From: Escherichia coli | GTDB lineage: Bacteria > Pseudomonadota > Gammaproteobacteria > Enterobacterales > Enterobacteriaceae | Assembly: GCF_030013205.1 (NCBI RefSeq) | Contig: NZ_CP122648.1 | Length of the DNA: 64,000 bases | Reading direction: 5' to 3' (one strand) | In this document: positions 1-7,400 of the stretch, piece by piece | Numbering within the stretch: position 1 is the stretch's first letter | Layout: each line of letters opens with the position of its first letter | Program-made: the position numbers and the translations under genes | The notes under the pieces: model-generated | What the model was told of the DNA's origin: nothing | Databases searched by the model: none | What the model saw: the letters and a program-made list of their open reading frames with translations, nothing else

Positions 1-167
1 ATTTTTCGTGCAACCTGGTCGCCGATAACCTTCTTGCCAAGAGCCCAGCGGTTTACCAGATTTGCCTGAGTTCCAAGTTTTTCAGCCATCCGCGTCTGAA
101 CACCATTGAATTCACGGTCGATCAAGTCGTTGAGATTTTGCCTGCGGACGTCCTGGATACTTTTCAT
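1..167 (-). CDS. CI-like HTH repressor, N-terminal part (gene runs off the window start)
   Basis: Reverse-strand ATG at 165-167 gives MKSIQDVRRQNLNDLIDREFNGVQTRMAEKLGTQANLVNRWALGKKVIGDQVARKI, HTH-like; divergent from a cro-like gene across an operator-rich spacer. Confidence 0.5.
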   Translation of the reverse strand, partial: MKSIQDVRRQNLNDLIDREFNGVQTRMAEKLGTQANLVNRWALGKKVIGDQVARK

Positions 168-222
168 TTTCTGGAAAATCGCCTCATATATGAATCAGTA
201 GATGATTCAATTTAAAGCAATA

Positions 223-285
223 TTACCCAACAGGTAAATGCACCTCATAGGTAACTATCCTTGATTTTTGTTACCTTATGGGTGA
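223..285. promoter_or_regulatory. Three operator-like palindromes in the cI-cro spacer: TTACCCAACAGGTAA (223-237), GCACCTCATAGGTAA (240-254), TTACCTTATGGGTGA (271-285)
   Basis: Read directly; 15-bp dyads of form TTACC-N5-GGTAA between divergent repressor genes, reminiscent of a tripartite OR. Confidence 0.6.
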
Positions 286-321
286 ATATTTATTATCTGA
301 AATAAATATCAGGCAATAGCT

Positions 322-552
322 ATGAGCGATAACGGACATTTCGATTTCAAAAAGCACTGGCTTGCACTTACTCCGGATGAGCGTGAAGCCTTCGCACAGG
401 AAGCCGGAACGACGAGTCACTATATCCAGACTCACTTAACAGGTAAGCGCAAAATGCCAGGTAAAGTATTGATGAATGGGCTTTTTAAAGCCTGTAAAAC
501 AAGACAATGGCTGCGCTCAAAAGCAGAACTGGCATACTTCTTCTACTCATGA
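322..552 (+). CDS. Cro-like small DNA-binding regulator
   Basis: 76-aa ORF divergent from the CI-like gene, immediately right of the operator cluster; followed by a hairpin terminator. Confidence 0.45.
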   Translation: MSDNGHFDFKKHWLALTPDEREAFAQEAGTTSHYIQTHLTGKRKMPGKVLMNGLFKACKTRQWLRSKAELAYFFYS

Positions 553-574
553 TATCCAGCTACAACCCTCTGTA

Positions 575-597
575 GACCGCCACCCGGCGGTCTTTTC
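575..597 (+). terminator. Rho-independent terminator after the cro-like gene
   Basis: GACCGCC-ACCC-GGCGGTC stem followed by TTTT. Confidence 0.5.
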
Positions 598-639
598 ATA
601 TCTATTCGTACCTCAAAGGTAATAAATAACCAAATCTGG

Positions 640-903
640 TTGATCTTTTTTTTGTGTCAGCACAAAATGACCGTAATCCCAATACTAATAACAGGGCTTA
701 CCATGGAAATCATTACACGTATTGATGCCGCAAAGCGCGGACTTAAACGCTACTACACCGGAAAACCATGCAAGCACGGACATGACAGTGAACGCTGGGT
801 TTACAACGGACACTGTGTTGAGTGCACCATGGAATCAAACCGTCGTATCAGGGCAGAGATTAAGCAGATCATGATTAATTCCTCCCCACAACATTCAAGC
901 TGA
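640..903 (+). CDS. Small Cys-rich (zinc-finger-like) phage protein; start possibly internal near 703
   Basis: ORF with CKHGH...CVEC motif between cro-like and replication genes; function not recognised. Confidence 0.3.
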   Translation: MIFFLCQHKMTVIPILITGLTMEIITRIDAAKRGLKRYYTGKPCKHGHDSERWVYNGHCVECTMESNRRIRAEIKQIMINSSPQHSS

Positions 904-918
904 TAGCGGAGATTAATC

Positions 919-1752
919 ATGAGCAGACATGCAACAGATTGGGCCTGGGAGACAGATCCAGGTAGCTCGTCATTAAAGCTCATACTGCTCTCGATGGCTG
1001 ACAGAGCCGATGAATATAACCTCTGCTACCCCAGCATAGAACGCCTCGTTAAAGACACTTGCCTGAATAAAAAAACCGTGCAGGCCGGGCTTATATCGCT
1101 CATGAAAATGGGGCTTATTTCAGATACCGGAGAGAGAAAGGGAGCGACGAAAAGAGTGCGGGTTTTCTCTCTTAATATAACCAAAAACGGGAACATTAAA
1201 GGCAACCGGGAAGGGGGTAATGGACCCGAAAACGGTAATGTTACCGAAAACGGTAATGTTACCGAAAACGGGAATATACCCAAAAACGGGATGTTGAATG
1301 ATCCCAAAAACGGGATGTTGAATGATCCCAAAAACGGGATCCAGAACCAGTCATATAACCAGTCATTTAACCAAGAGAGGGAGAGCAGGACAAAAAGCGG
1401 GGATTCTGTGCCTCATGACCCCGGCGCAAACAACGCCGTGATGAATAACTTTGTTCCTCCTGGTGGGCCAGGGCAATTAGGCAAATTTGTCATGCATGAA
1501 CAATGGCAGCCATCAGATGACTTTCTTCGGAAAAGCTCATTGCAGGGGATCTACCTGGACAGTCTGCCAACGGCACAGGAACTTGCAGAGTTCAGAATTT
1601 ACTGGATGGCTGAGGGTAAGGCATACCATCAGGCACAGTGGGAGCAGAAGCTGGCAAGGCGGCTGCAGATTAGCAGACAGAAGCAATCAACATTACCTGA
1701 TAACAACGTTCCGCACTGGAACAGCCCTGAAGCATGGGAGGATTTCTTGTGA
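919..1752 (+). CDS. Replication initiator, lambda O-like (N-terminal winged-helix, repeat-encoding linker, C-terminal domain)
   Basis: Position directly upstream of and overlapping a clear lambda P homolog; internal direct DNA repeats (iterons) encoding NG-rich repeats. Confidence 0.7.
   Translation: MSRHATDWAWETDPGSSSLKLILLSMADRADEYNLCYPSIERLVKDTCLNKKTVQAGLISLMKMGLISDTGERKGATKRVRVFSLNITKNGNIKGNREGGNGPENGNVTENGNVTENGNIPKNGMLNDPKNGMLNDPKNGIQNQSYNQSFNQERESRTKSGDSVPHDPGANNAVMNNFVPPGGPGQLGKFVMHEQWQPSDDFLRKSSLQGIYLDSLPTAQELAEFRIYWMAEGKAYHQAQWEQKLARRLQISRQKQSTLPDNNVPHWNSPEAWEDFL
1225..1372 (+). repeat. Iteron-like direct repeats inside the O-like gene (candidate phage replication origin)
   Basis: CCGAAAACGGTAATGTTA x2 plus a degenerate third copy, CCCAAAAACGGGATGTTGAATGAT x2 plus degenerate third, then AACCAGTCAT x2; shared core AAAACGG. 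Confidence 0.6.
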
Positions 1753-2534
1753 ACAACGTTTTTACCGCGATACAAAACCGTGACGGAGAAGCCCTTTCTC
1801 GCATGTCAGGTTATGAGCATCAGTACGTCAACAATGACAATGTGGTGAACATGTCAGCAGAGAGGCTTGTTGATGCCCTTTTTAAACAGCTGAAACAACT
1901 GTTTCCGGCGGCAGTGGTAACCAACCTGAAGACGCCAGAGCAGGAAGTTGCTGCAAAACAGCAGTGGATTGCTGCGTTTGCCGAAGGGGGGATCCGAACC
2001 CGTGAACAGGTTTCTGCTGGTATGCGCCACGCCCGCGCCAGTGAGTCTCCGTTCTGGCCGTCGCCAGGGCAATTCATCAAGTGGTGTAAAGACAGCAAGA
2101 TGGTTCTTGGCGTCACCATTGACGATGTGATGGCGGAGTTTCACCGGTACAGCAAGGAAAAAAGTTTATATCCTGGTGGTCCCGAAAGATTCCCGTGGCG
2201 ACATCCGGTTATGTACTGGGTCGTATGTGATACCCGCCGTGCAATGTATCAGCGCCAGCTTAGCGAGATTGAGGTTGAGAAACACGCGCGCAGGCTGCTC
2301 GATGATTGGGCGAAAAAGGTGGCTTCCGGACAGCAGATACCCGATCCGGTGATCAGCATACAGGCAAAGCCAGAGCCCATGAGTACGCCTCCGGACACAG
2401 GGAGAGACGTTTACCATCCACCAGGGCGAAGTTTCGGGTGTATGCCTAACGCCGCCACCCTGGGGGGAATAACACCGGCGCAGTGGCTGATAGAGGAATA
2501 CAGGCGGGGAAAGGCGGCAGGATTTATCAAGTAA
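1734..2534 (+). CDS. Replication protein P-like (DnaB helicase loader)
   Basis: Strong similarity to lambda P as recalled, e.g. QVSAGMRHARASESPFWPSPGQFIKWC versus lambda QVNAGMRVARRQNRPFLPSPGQFVAWC; overlaps the O-like stop. Confidence 0.85.
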   Translation: MGGFLVNNVFTAIQNRDGEALSRMSGYEHQYVNNDNVVNMSAERLVDALFKQLKQLFPAAVVTNLKTPEQEVAAKQQWIAAFAEGGIRTREQVSAGMRHARASESPFWPSPGQFIKWCKDSKMVLGVTIDDVMAEFHRYSKEKSLYPGGPERFPWRHPVMYWVVCDTRRAMYQRQLSEIEVEKHARRLLDDWAKKVASGQQIPDPVISIQAKPEPMSTPPDTGRDVYHPPGRSFGCMPNAATLGGITPAQWLIEEYRRGKAAGFIK

Positions 2535-2571
2535 TACCAGCGCGATAGCGCATTTTTTTACGTCTCAATAA

Positions 2572-2648
2572 TTACCCATCGGGTAACAAAACATTCTAAA
2601 CTCTATTGATTTCGTGTCTTATGTGGTTTTTAATTACCTTAGAGGTAA
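2572..2648 (+). promoter_or_regulatory. Two TTACC-N5-GGTAA palindromes (2572-2586 TTACCCATCGGGTAA; 2634-2648 TTACCTTAGAGGTAA) plus a TATGTGGTTTTT motif upstream of the 2652 gene
   Basis: Read directly; same dyad as in the cI-cro spacer; second site overlaps the ribosome-binding region. Confidence 0.5.
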
Positions 2649-2651
2649 ATC

Positions 2652-2996
2652 ATGAGAAAACAGATACAGGCTCTTGGTCGACTCAAAACAGGCCAGATGA
2701 ACAAAACAGAATCTGCGTATTGCCAGCACCTTGAGCAGCGTAAACGTGCAGGGGAAATCGCCTGGTATCGATTCGAGGGTATCAAGCTGCGGTTAGCTGA
2801 CAACACGTTCTATACGCCCGATTTTGCTGTGATGCTCGCCACCGGCGAGATGGAACTGCACGAAGTGAAAGGTTTCTGGACCGACGACGCCAGGGTGAAA
2901 ACCAAAGTCGCCGCAGATCAGTATCCGTTCCGAATCATCGGGGTAACGGTTAAGCCAAAGAAAGCAGGTGGTGGCTGGAACATCGAAGAGTTCTGA
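2652..2996 (+). CDS. Phage protein, DUF1064/VRR-NUC-like (possible nuclease fold)
   Basis: 114-aa ORF with conserved pattern E..Y..LE.RKRAGEI.W..FE ... HEVKG...DARVK.K; family assignment from memory. Confidence 0.45.
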   Translation: MRKQIQALGRLKTGQMNKTESAYCQHLEQRKRAGEIAWYRFEGIKLRLADNTFYTPDFAVMLATGEMELHEVKGFWTDDARVKTKVAADQYPFRIIGVTVKPKKAGGGWNIEEF

Positions 2997-3057
2997 ATCG
3001 ACGATCTTTTTAGTTATCAATGTAATCAATAAGTTATGTGGATAAGCGAGGGTAAAG

Positions 3058-3447
3058 ATGGAAAGTAATATCAAAGGGTTAGTTGCCGCCGGGCATGAGA
3101 TGGCTTCGGAACTGAAAGCAGAATGTGGTGCCGTTGATATGCGTAGTGTGGCAAAACTGATCAGCGATTTGGCAACGCAACTGGAAGTGCAACTGGTGCG
3201 TGCTAATGCGCTGGCAGCGGAGAATGCAAAGCTGAAGGATTACCTGGCCCCTATAGGGCTGAAGGTTGAAGGGACTCCAACCACCGACGCTGTCCTGGCT
3301 GAAATTGAACGCAAAGCAATCCGCAAGTTCATTAACAGCATTGAACACATCCTGCGTGACAAGTTATCACCGTATGACACCGAAGAGATGCTTGAGGCTA
3401 TGCGTATTTTTCTGGAAGAACAGGGAGGTGAGCAAAAATGGCAATAA
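3058..3447 (+). CDS. Hypothetical phage protein (nin-like region)
   Basis: 129-aa ORF with coding-like composition in a same-strand tightly packed array. Confidence 0.4.
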   Translation: MESNIKGLVAAGHEMASELKAECGAVDMRSVAKLISDLATQLEVQLVRANALAAENAKLKDYLAPIGLKVEGTPTTDAVLAEIERKAIRKFINSIEHILRDKLSPYDTEEMLEAMRIFLEEQGGEQKWQ

Positions 3448-3755
3448 CAAAGCAACGTGTAGAAGAAATCATATCCCGTATTGAAATGTATGGGCATGGC
3501 GCAGGGTATACAGTCGAAGAGGTTTATGACCTTGCTGTACTGGCGCTGAATTTATCAAATATCGCAAAACTCAAGCGATACGAGCTTGATATGGATGGTT
3601 GTGACTCGTTCGGTCAGGATTGTGGCGCTGACATGACTGAAGATTCTGATGGCGATTATGTCCTGTTTGATGACGTGGTTAAGTTGTTTGAGTTTGATAC
3701 AACCACTCAGAAGTTAGAAAGCACAGCAAAGGAGGCAGCCAGTGAGCGAGATTGA
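3438..3755 (+). CDS. Hypothetical acidic phage protein
   Basis: 105-aa ORF overlapping neighbours by a few nt, typical phage packing. Confidence 0.4.
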   Translation: MAITKQRVEEIISRIEMYGHGAGYTVEEVYDLAVLALNLSNIAKLKRYELDMDGCDSFGQDCGADMTEDSDGDYVLFDDVVKLFEFDTTTQKLESTAKEAASERD

Positions 3756-4317
3756 CTATCAGGCACTGCGTGACAAGGCAGAGAAAGCAACGTGTGGTGA
3801 GTGGTCGATCGAATATGGAGATGGCAGCTTTGATGGTGATGATGCACTAATTCATCGCGAGGCTGCTGGATATATTCCCATTTGCAGAATTGAAGGAGCG
3901 CATCCTGAAAGCGGTTTCGATGAAGATTTCCAAATGGAACAGCAGGCCAATGCTGAATTCATCGCTGCAGCCAATCCGGCTACCGTCTTGGCGCTGCTTG
4001 GCGAGCTGGAAGCAGCAAAAAAGCGCATAGCAGAACTGGAAGCCGAACTCGTAAGCCAAACTTACAAGTTGAACGAGCTATCGGGCAACTCTCCGGTAAC
4101 TCCGGATGGTTGGATAAGCTGTAGTGAGCGAATGCCGGATAGCAAAACAGCCGTTCTTGTTGCCAGGGAGTTTGACAGGAAAGGTGACTGGCGAATGAAA
4201 TGGGCGACTTACATCCCTGGGCATCCTGACGCTAATGATGGGTGGATAATTCCTGGTGCGTCGTGGATACCATCACACTGGATGCAACTACCAGAACCGC
4301 CGCAGGAGGCGAAATGA
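3742..4317 (+). CDS. Ead/Ea22-like phage protein (DUF551-like C-terminus)
   Basis: 191-aa ORF with Trp-rich C-terminal region (WISCSERMPD...WIIPGASWIPSHWMQLPEPP) typical of Ea22/DUF551 proteins. Confidence 0.5.
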   Translation: MSEIDYQALRDKAEKATCGEWSIEYGDGSFDGDDALIHREAAGYIPICRIEGAHPESGFDEDFQMEQQANAEFIAAANPATVLALLGELEAAKKRIAELEAELVSQTYKLNELSGNSPVTPDGWISCSERMPDSKTAVLVAREFDRKGDWRMKWATYIPGHPDANDGWIIPGASWIPSHWMQLPEPPQEAK

Positions 4318-4408
4318 TGGACTATTCACAGTTAAGTGATTTTGAAATTAACAGAAGAGGCGAAATGATGGACTATTCACAGTTAAGTGATTTTGAAATT
4401 AACAGAAT
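4307..4408 (+). repeat. Perfect 51-bp tandem duplication spanning the ea22-like stop and the next gene's start
   Basis: AGGCGAAATGATGGACTATTCACAGTTAAGTGATTTTGAAATTAACAGAAG repeated head-to-tail; encodes GEMMDYSQLSDFEINRR twice. Confidence 0.9.
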
Positions 4409-4718
4409 GGTAGGAGACATAATTTTTAAAGGCCTTTGGGCGTGTAAACCGGAAACATCAGGGAATAACACCAACAAATGGTATTACGGAAATACTGATA
4501 CAACTTTTGAGCCATTAAACCCTTTACCTGACTACTGCAATAATCCATCGGATGCATGGCCTATTATTGTTGATAATAAAATCAGTCTAACCTGCCACCA
4601 CTCTCGCGGTGAGTGGTCAGCAGTTTTTAATGCCGACAACATTTGCTTTCATGCGAATAATCCACTCCGAGCCGCCATGATTGTATTTCTCATGATGCAG
4701 GAAAATCAGAATGGCTAA
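4312..4718 (+). CDS. Hypothetical phage protein (possibly DUF2591-like); N-terminus duplicated by the 51-bp repeat, start could be 4312 or 4363
   Basis: ORF beginning MMDYSQLSDFEIN...; family assignment tentative. Confidence 0.4.
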
Positions 4719-5115
4719 ATCAGCAGCAGAGCGCAAAGCCGCTCAGAGAGCCAGACAAGCTGCATCTGGCGTGCGTAAGCTGGAAATTGTGCTTGATGCT
4801 CAGGAAATTGAAATGCTGGAGCGTAACTGTGCCACGCGTCGCCCCGGGCGTGCGCCTTACGAATTTGGTGAGTATATAGCGTTACTGATCCGCCAGGATG
4901 ATGCACGCGTGCGCGGGCGTATAAAATCGATCAGCAGAAAACGTTGCGGTAAGTGCGGCGAGATAGTTCCTGTGAATTCATGCCCGTGTACCGTACCCAT
5001 TACAAATGGGACAACGGACTTGCTCTGCGTGACTGGCGTTATGTTGTTCGCATTGCAAACATCGATGTCAGCAATCTTTCAGAACCTTCCTCTGCCGCAA
5101 ATATTGCGAAGTTGA
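4711..5115 (+). CDS. Hypothetical basic protein; C-terminal part may be read-through across a deletion junction
   Basis: 134-aa ORF (MAKSAAERKAAQRARQ...) overlapping the next ORF in another frame. Confidence 0.3.
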   Translation: MAKSAAERKAAQRARQAASGVRKLEIVLDAQEIEMLERNCATRRPGRAPYEFGEYIALLIRQDDARVRGRIKSISRKRCGKCGEIVPVNSCPCTVPITNGTTDLLCVTGVMLFALQTSMSAIFQNLPLPQILRS

Positions 5116-5333
5116 TGGTTAAAGCACTGCATCGCATTCCAAATCGTGGCATGGGTCGCCCGGTGTTCTACATGAACCGCACTGTAGGCCAGGCTCTTGA
5201 TCTGCAATCTCTGGAGAAAACATCTCTGGCGATCAGCGTAAAAGAGACAGAAGGCGAGTGGTGGACTTCATTCCGTGGTGTACCAATCCGTGAAACTGAT
5301 GCGCTTCTGGAAACAGAAGCCCGCGTGGTGTAA
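4953..5333 (+). pseudogene. Possible C-terminal remnant of a head (capsid-like) gene left by internal deletion of the packaging/head module
   Basis: ORF begins immediately after an in-frame stop; sequence ...GMGRPVFYMNRTVGQALDLQSLEKT...WWTSFRGVPIRETDALLETEARVV resembles a structural-protein C-terminus; no terminase, portal or scaffold genes upstream. Confidence 0.3.
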
Positions 5334-5384
5334 CGCCTGTTATTAACCTGTGGGTCGTAACAGACCCACTAATGGAGAAAGAAG

Positions 5385-5753
5385 ATGATCACCGACAAAC
5401 TGTTGATGTTCTCCGAAGCTCAGGCGGTTACGAATACCGCGGCTTCTACTGACGTAATCGATCTCGGTCCAATTGACGGAAAACGTCGTGATATCGGCGT
5501 GGGTTACCCGCTTGAGTTTTGGGCGCTGGTTAACACAGCCGCCGCGGCAAGCGGTGATGCAACTGTAAACATCCAGTTGCAGGCGAGTGAGAATAACAGC
5601 TCATGGACCACTATTTATGATAGTGGCGCACTGGCAAAGACCGCCCTGACAGCAGGTAAACGAGTTGTTTCTGCAAAGGTGCCTGCCGGTGTTCAGCGAT
5701 ATCTGCGTGTTAACTACTCCGTCGCAACTGGCCCACCGGGACAATTACGTTAA
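5385..5753 (+). CDS. Small virion protein (possibly capsid decoration/stabilising)
   Basis: 122-aa ORF with good RBS context, first of an uninterrupted same-strand structural array. Confidence 0.4.
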   Translation: MITDKLLMFSEAQAVTNTAASTDVIDLGPIDGKRRDIGVGYPLEFWALVNTAAAASGDATVNIQLQASENNSSWTTIYDSGALAKTALTAGKRVVSAKVPAGVQRYLRVNYSVATGPPGQLR

Positions 5754-5794
5754 CGGCAAGCGCCTCTATTTTTGGCGCGGAGCAGGTAGGCAAA

Positions 5795-6391
5795 TTGTTC
5801 TATCTGGAACAGCCTGCAGTGGATTCTGTGCCGGTAACCAGCAATACCGCTGTAGTGGTTCGTGCCAACAGGAACGTCCCGCCATCCCTCAGGAATACGG
5901 CCACCACGAACTGGCAGATGGCGCGCCGGACATTTGGAGGCCTGTCTCATCTTGAAGGCCAGACCGTAAACATTCTCTCTGATGCGAGCGTGGAACCACA
6001 GAAAGTGGTTTCCGGAGGTGCCGTCACGCTGGAATCTCCGGGGGCTGTAGTGCACATCGGCCTGCCAATAACTGCTGAATTCGAAACACTGGATATCAAC
6101 ATTAACGGACAGGAAACGCTGCTGGACAAAAAACAGGTGATCCCCTCCGTTACTCTGGTTGTGAATGCCAGTCGCGGCATCTGGGCGACTACGCCTGGCG
6201 GTAAATGGTACGAATATCCACAGCGTGAATTCGAGTTCTACGATGATCCTGTTGATGATGCTACCGGAAAAGTAGAAGTGAAACTGGACAGTAACTGGGG
6301 CAAAAACGGACGTGTAAAAATCCGTCAGCTTGATCCGTTGCCGCTGTCTGTTCTTGCCGTTATTCCTCGCCTTACTGTTGGGGGATTTTGA
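5795..6391 (+). CDS. Virion structural protein
   Basis: 198-aa ORF in the structural operon. Confidence 0.45.
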   Translation: MFYLEQPAVDSVPVTSNTAVVVRANRNVPPSLRNTATTNWQMARRTFGGLSHLEGQTVNILSDASVEPQKVVSGGAVTLESPGAVVHIGLPITAEFETLDININGQETLLDKKQVIPSVTLVVNASRGIWATTPGGKWYEYPQREFEFYDDPVDDATGKVEVKLDSNWGKNGRVKIRQLDPLPLSVLAVIPRLTVGGF

Positions 6392-6855
6392 TGATCGACG
6401 TTAAAATTATTCCCGCTACCGAAGAGCATCTTCAGATGATTTTGCCGGATGTTCGTCAGGCTGATATTGACGAACTGTATGCGGTATCGCTGATGACTAC
6501 CGAAGATGCGCTGCGTGTTGGTCTGCGCACTGCGACTATGGCCTGGTCAGGGTTCGCGAACGGAGAACTGGTAACCATGTTTGGTGTATCTCCGGCGTCA
6601 ATGATCGGTGGCAATGGTACGCCTTGGCTGGTAGGAACCAGCCGTATTGAAAAATATCAGAAGACATTTCTTCGCCACTGCCGACCTGTATTGCAGCAGA
6701 TGCTGGCAGTTTATCCGCGCCTGGAAAACTACGTCGACGAGCGAAACCATGTTGCCAAAGCATGGCTGCACTGGCTTGGATTCAGGCTTGAAGAAGCCGC
6801 GCCTTATGGTGCTCTTGGTCTTAATTTCCACAGATTTCACATGGAGAGAAAATAA
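6388..6855 (+). CDS. Virion-associated protein
   Basis: 155-aa ORF, start overlaps upstream stop (ATGA). Confidence 0.45.
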   Translation: MMIDVKIIPATEEHLQMILPDVRQADIDELYAVSLMTTEDALRVGLRTATMAWSGFANGELVTMFGVSPASMIGGNGTPWLVGTSRIEKYQKTFLRHCRPVLQQMLAVYPRLENYVDERNHVAKAWLHWLGFRLEEAAPYGALGLNFHRFHMERK

Positions 6856-7400
6856 TGTGCGATCCGGTTATTGCTGGTGGCGCAATGCTCGCCATGAGTG
6901 GCATTCAGGCATACACCCAGTACCAACAGGGAAAGTATGCCTCGAAGGTTGCAGAAGCGAACGCAGATATAGCCACAGCTCAGGCAAATGATGCAATAAA
7001 CAGAGGTAACGCTGAAGCTGAGCAACGGCGCAGAGAGACGCGACAGCGGCTTGGTACACAGGCGGCGACAATGGGGGCGACCGGCGCTGATTTATCTACC
7101 GGTAACGCGCTGGATATATTTGGTGACACTGCTCAGTTTGGCGCTCTTGATTCGCTGACGACGGTGAATAACGCGCAACGCGAGGCTTACGGTTATCAGG
7201 TTCAGGCTGCCAACTATAAAGCAGAAGCCAGTTCAGCCCGTAAACAGGGGAATGTGGGAGCAGCAACAACATTGCTCACTGCGCCTCTGAAGGCATACGG
7301 TGCGTACCAGATGTTTGGTGGGACGTGGAGTCCGTTTACTCAAAGCACCCCCGCGCCAATCAGGGCAGCAGCAGGAACCAGATTACCCGGAGGATTATAA
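6855..7400 (+). CDS. Internal virion/ejection protein (Ala/Gln-rich)
   Basis: 181-aa ORF; stop overlaps start of the next gene (TAATG). Confidence 0.5.
   Translation: MCDPVIAGGAMLAMSGIQAYTQYQQGKYASKVAEANADIATAQANDAINRGNAEAEQRRRETRQRLGTQAATMGATGADLSTGNALDIFGDTAQFGALDSLTTVNNAQREAYGYQVQAANYKAEASSARKQGNVGAATTLLTAPLKAYGAYQMFGGTWSPFTQSTPAPIRAAAGTRLPGGL

Noticed and set aside
1225-1372. Short direct repeats considered as a possible CRISPR array
   Set aside because: Repeats are 18-24 bp with almost no spacers, lie inside a coding sequence and have no cas genes nearby; they fit phage origin iterons.
5665-5955. 96-aa ORF overlapping two virion genes, considered as evidence of a frameshifted structural gene
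   Set aside because: Flanking ORFs 5385-5753 and 5795-6391 each have their own start and stop and plausible protein-like translations; the overlapping ORF has a Cys/Arg-rich out-of-frame-type translation.
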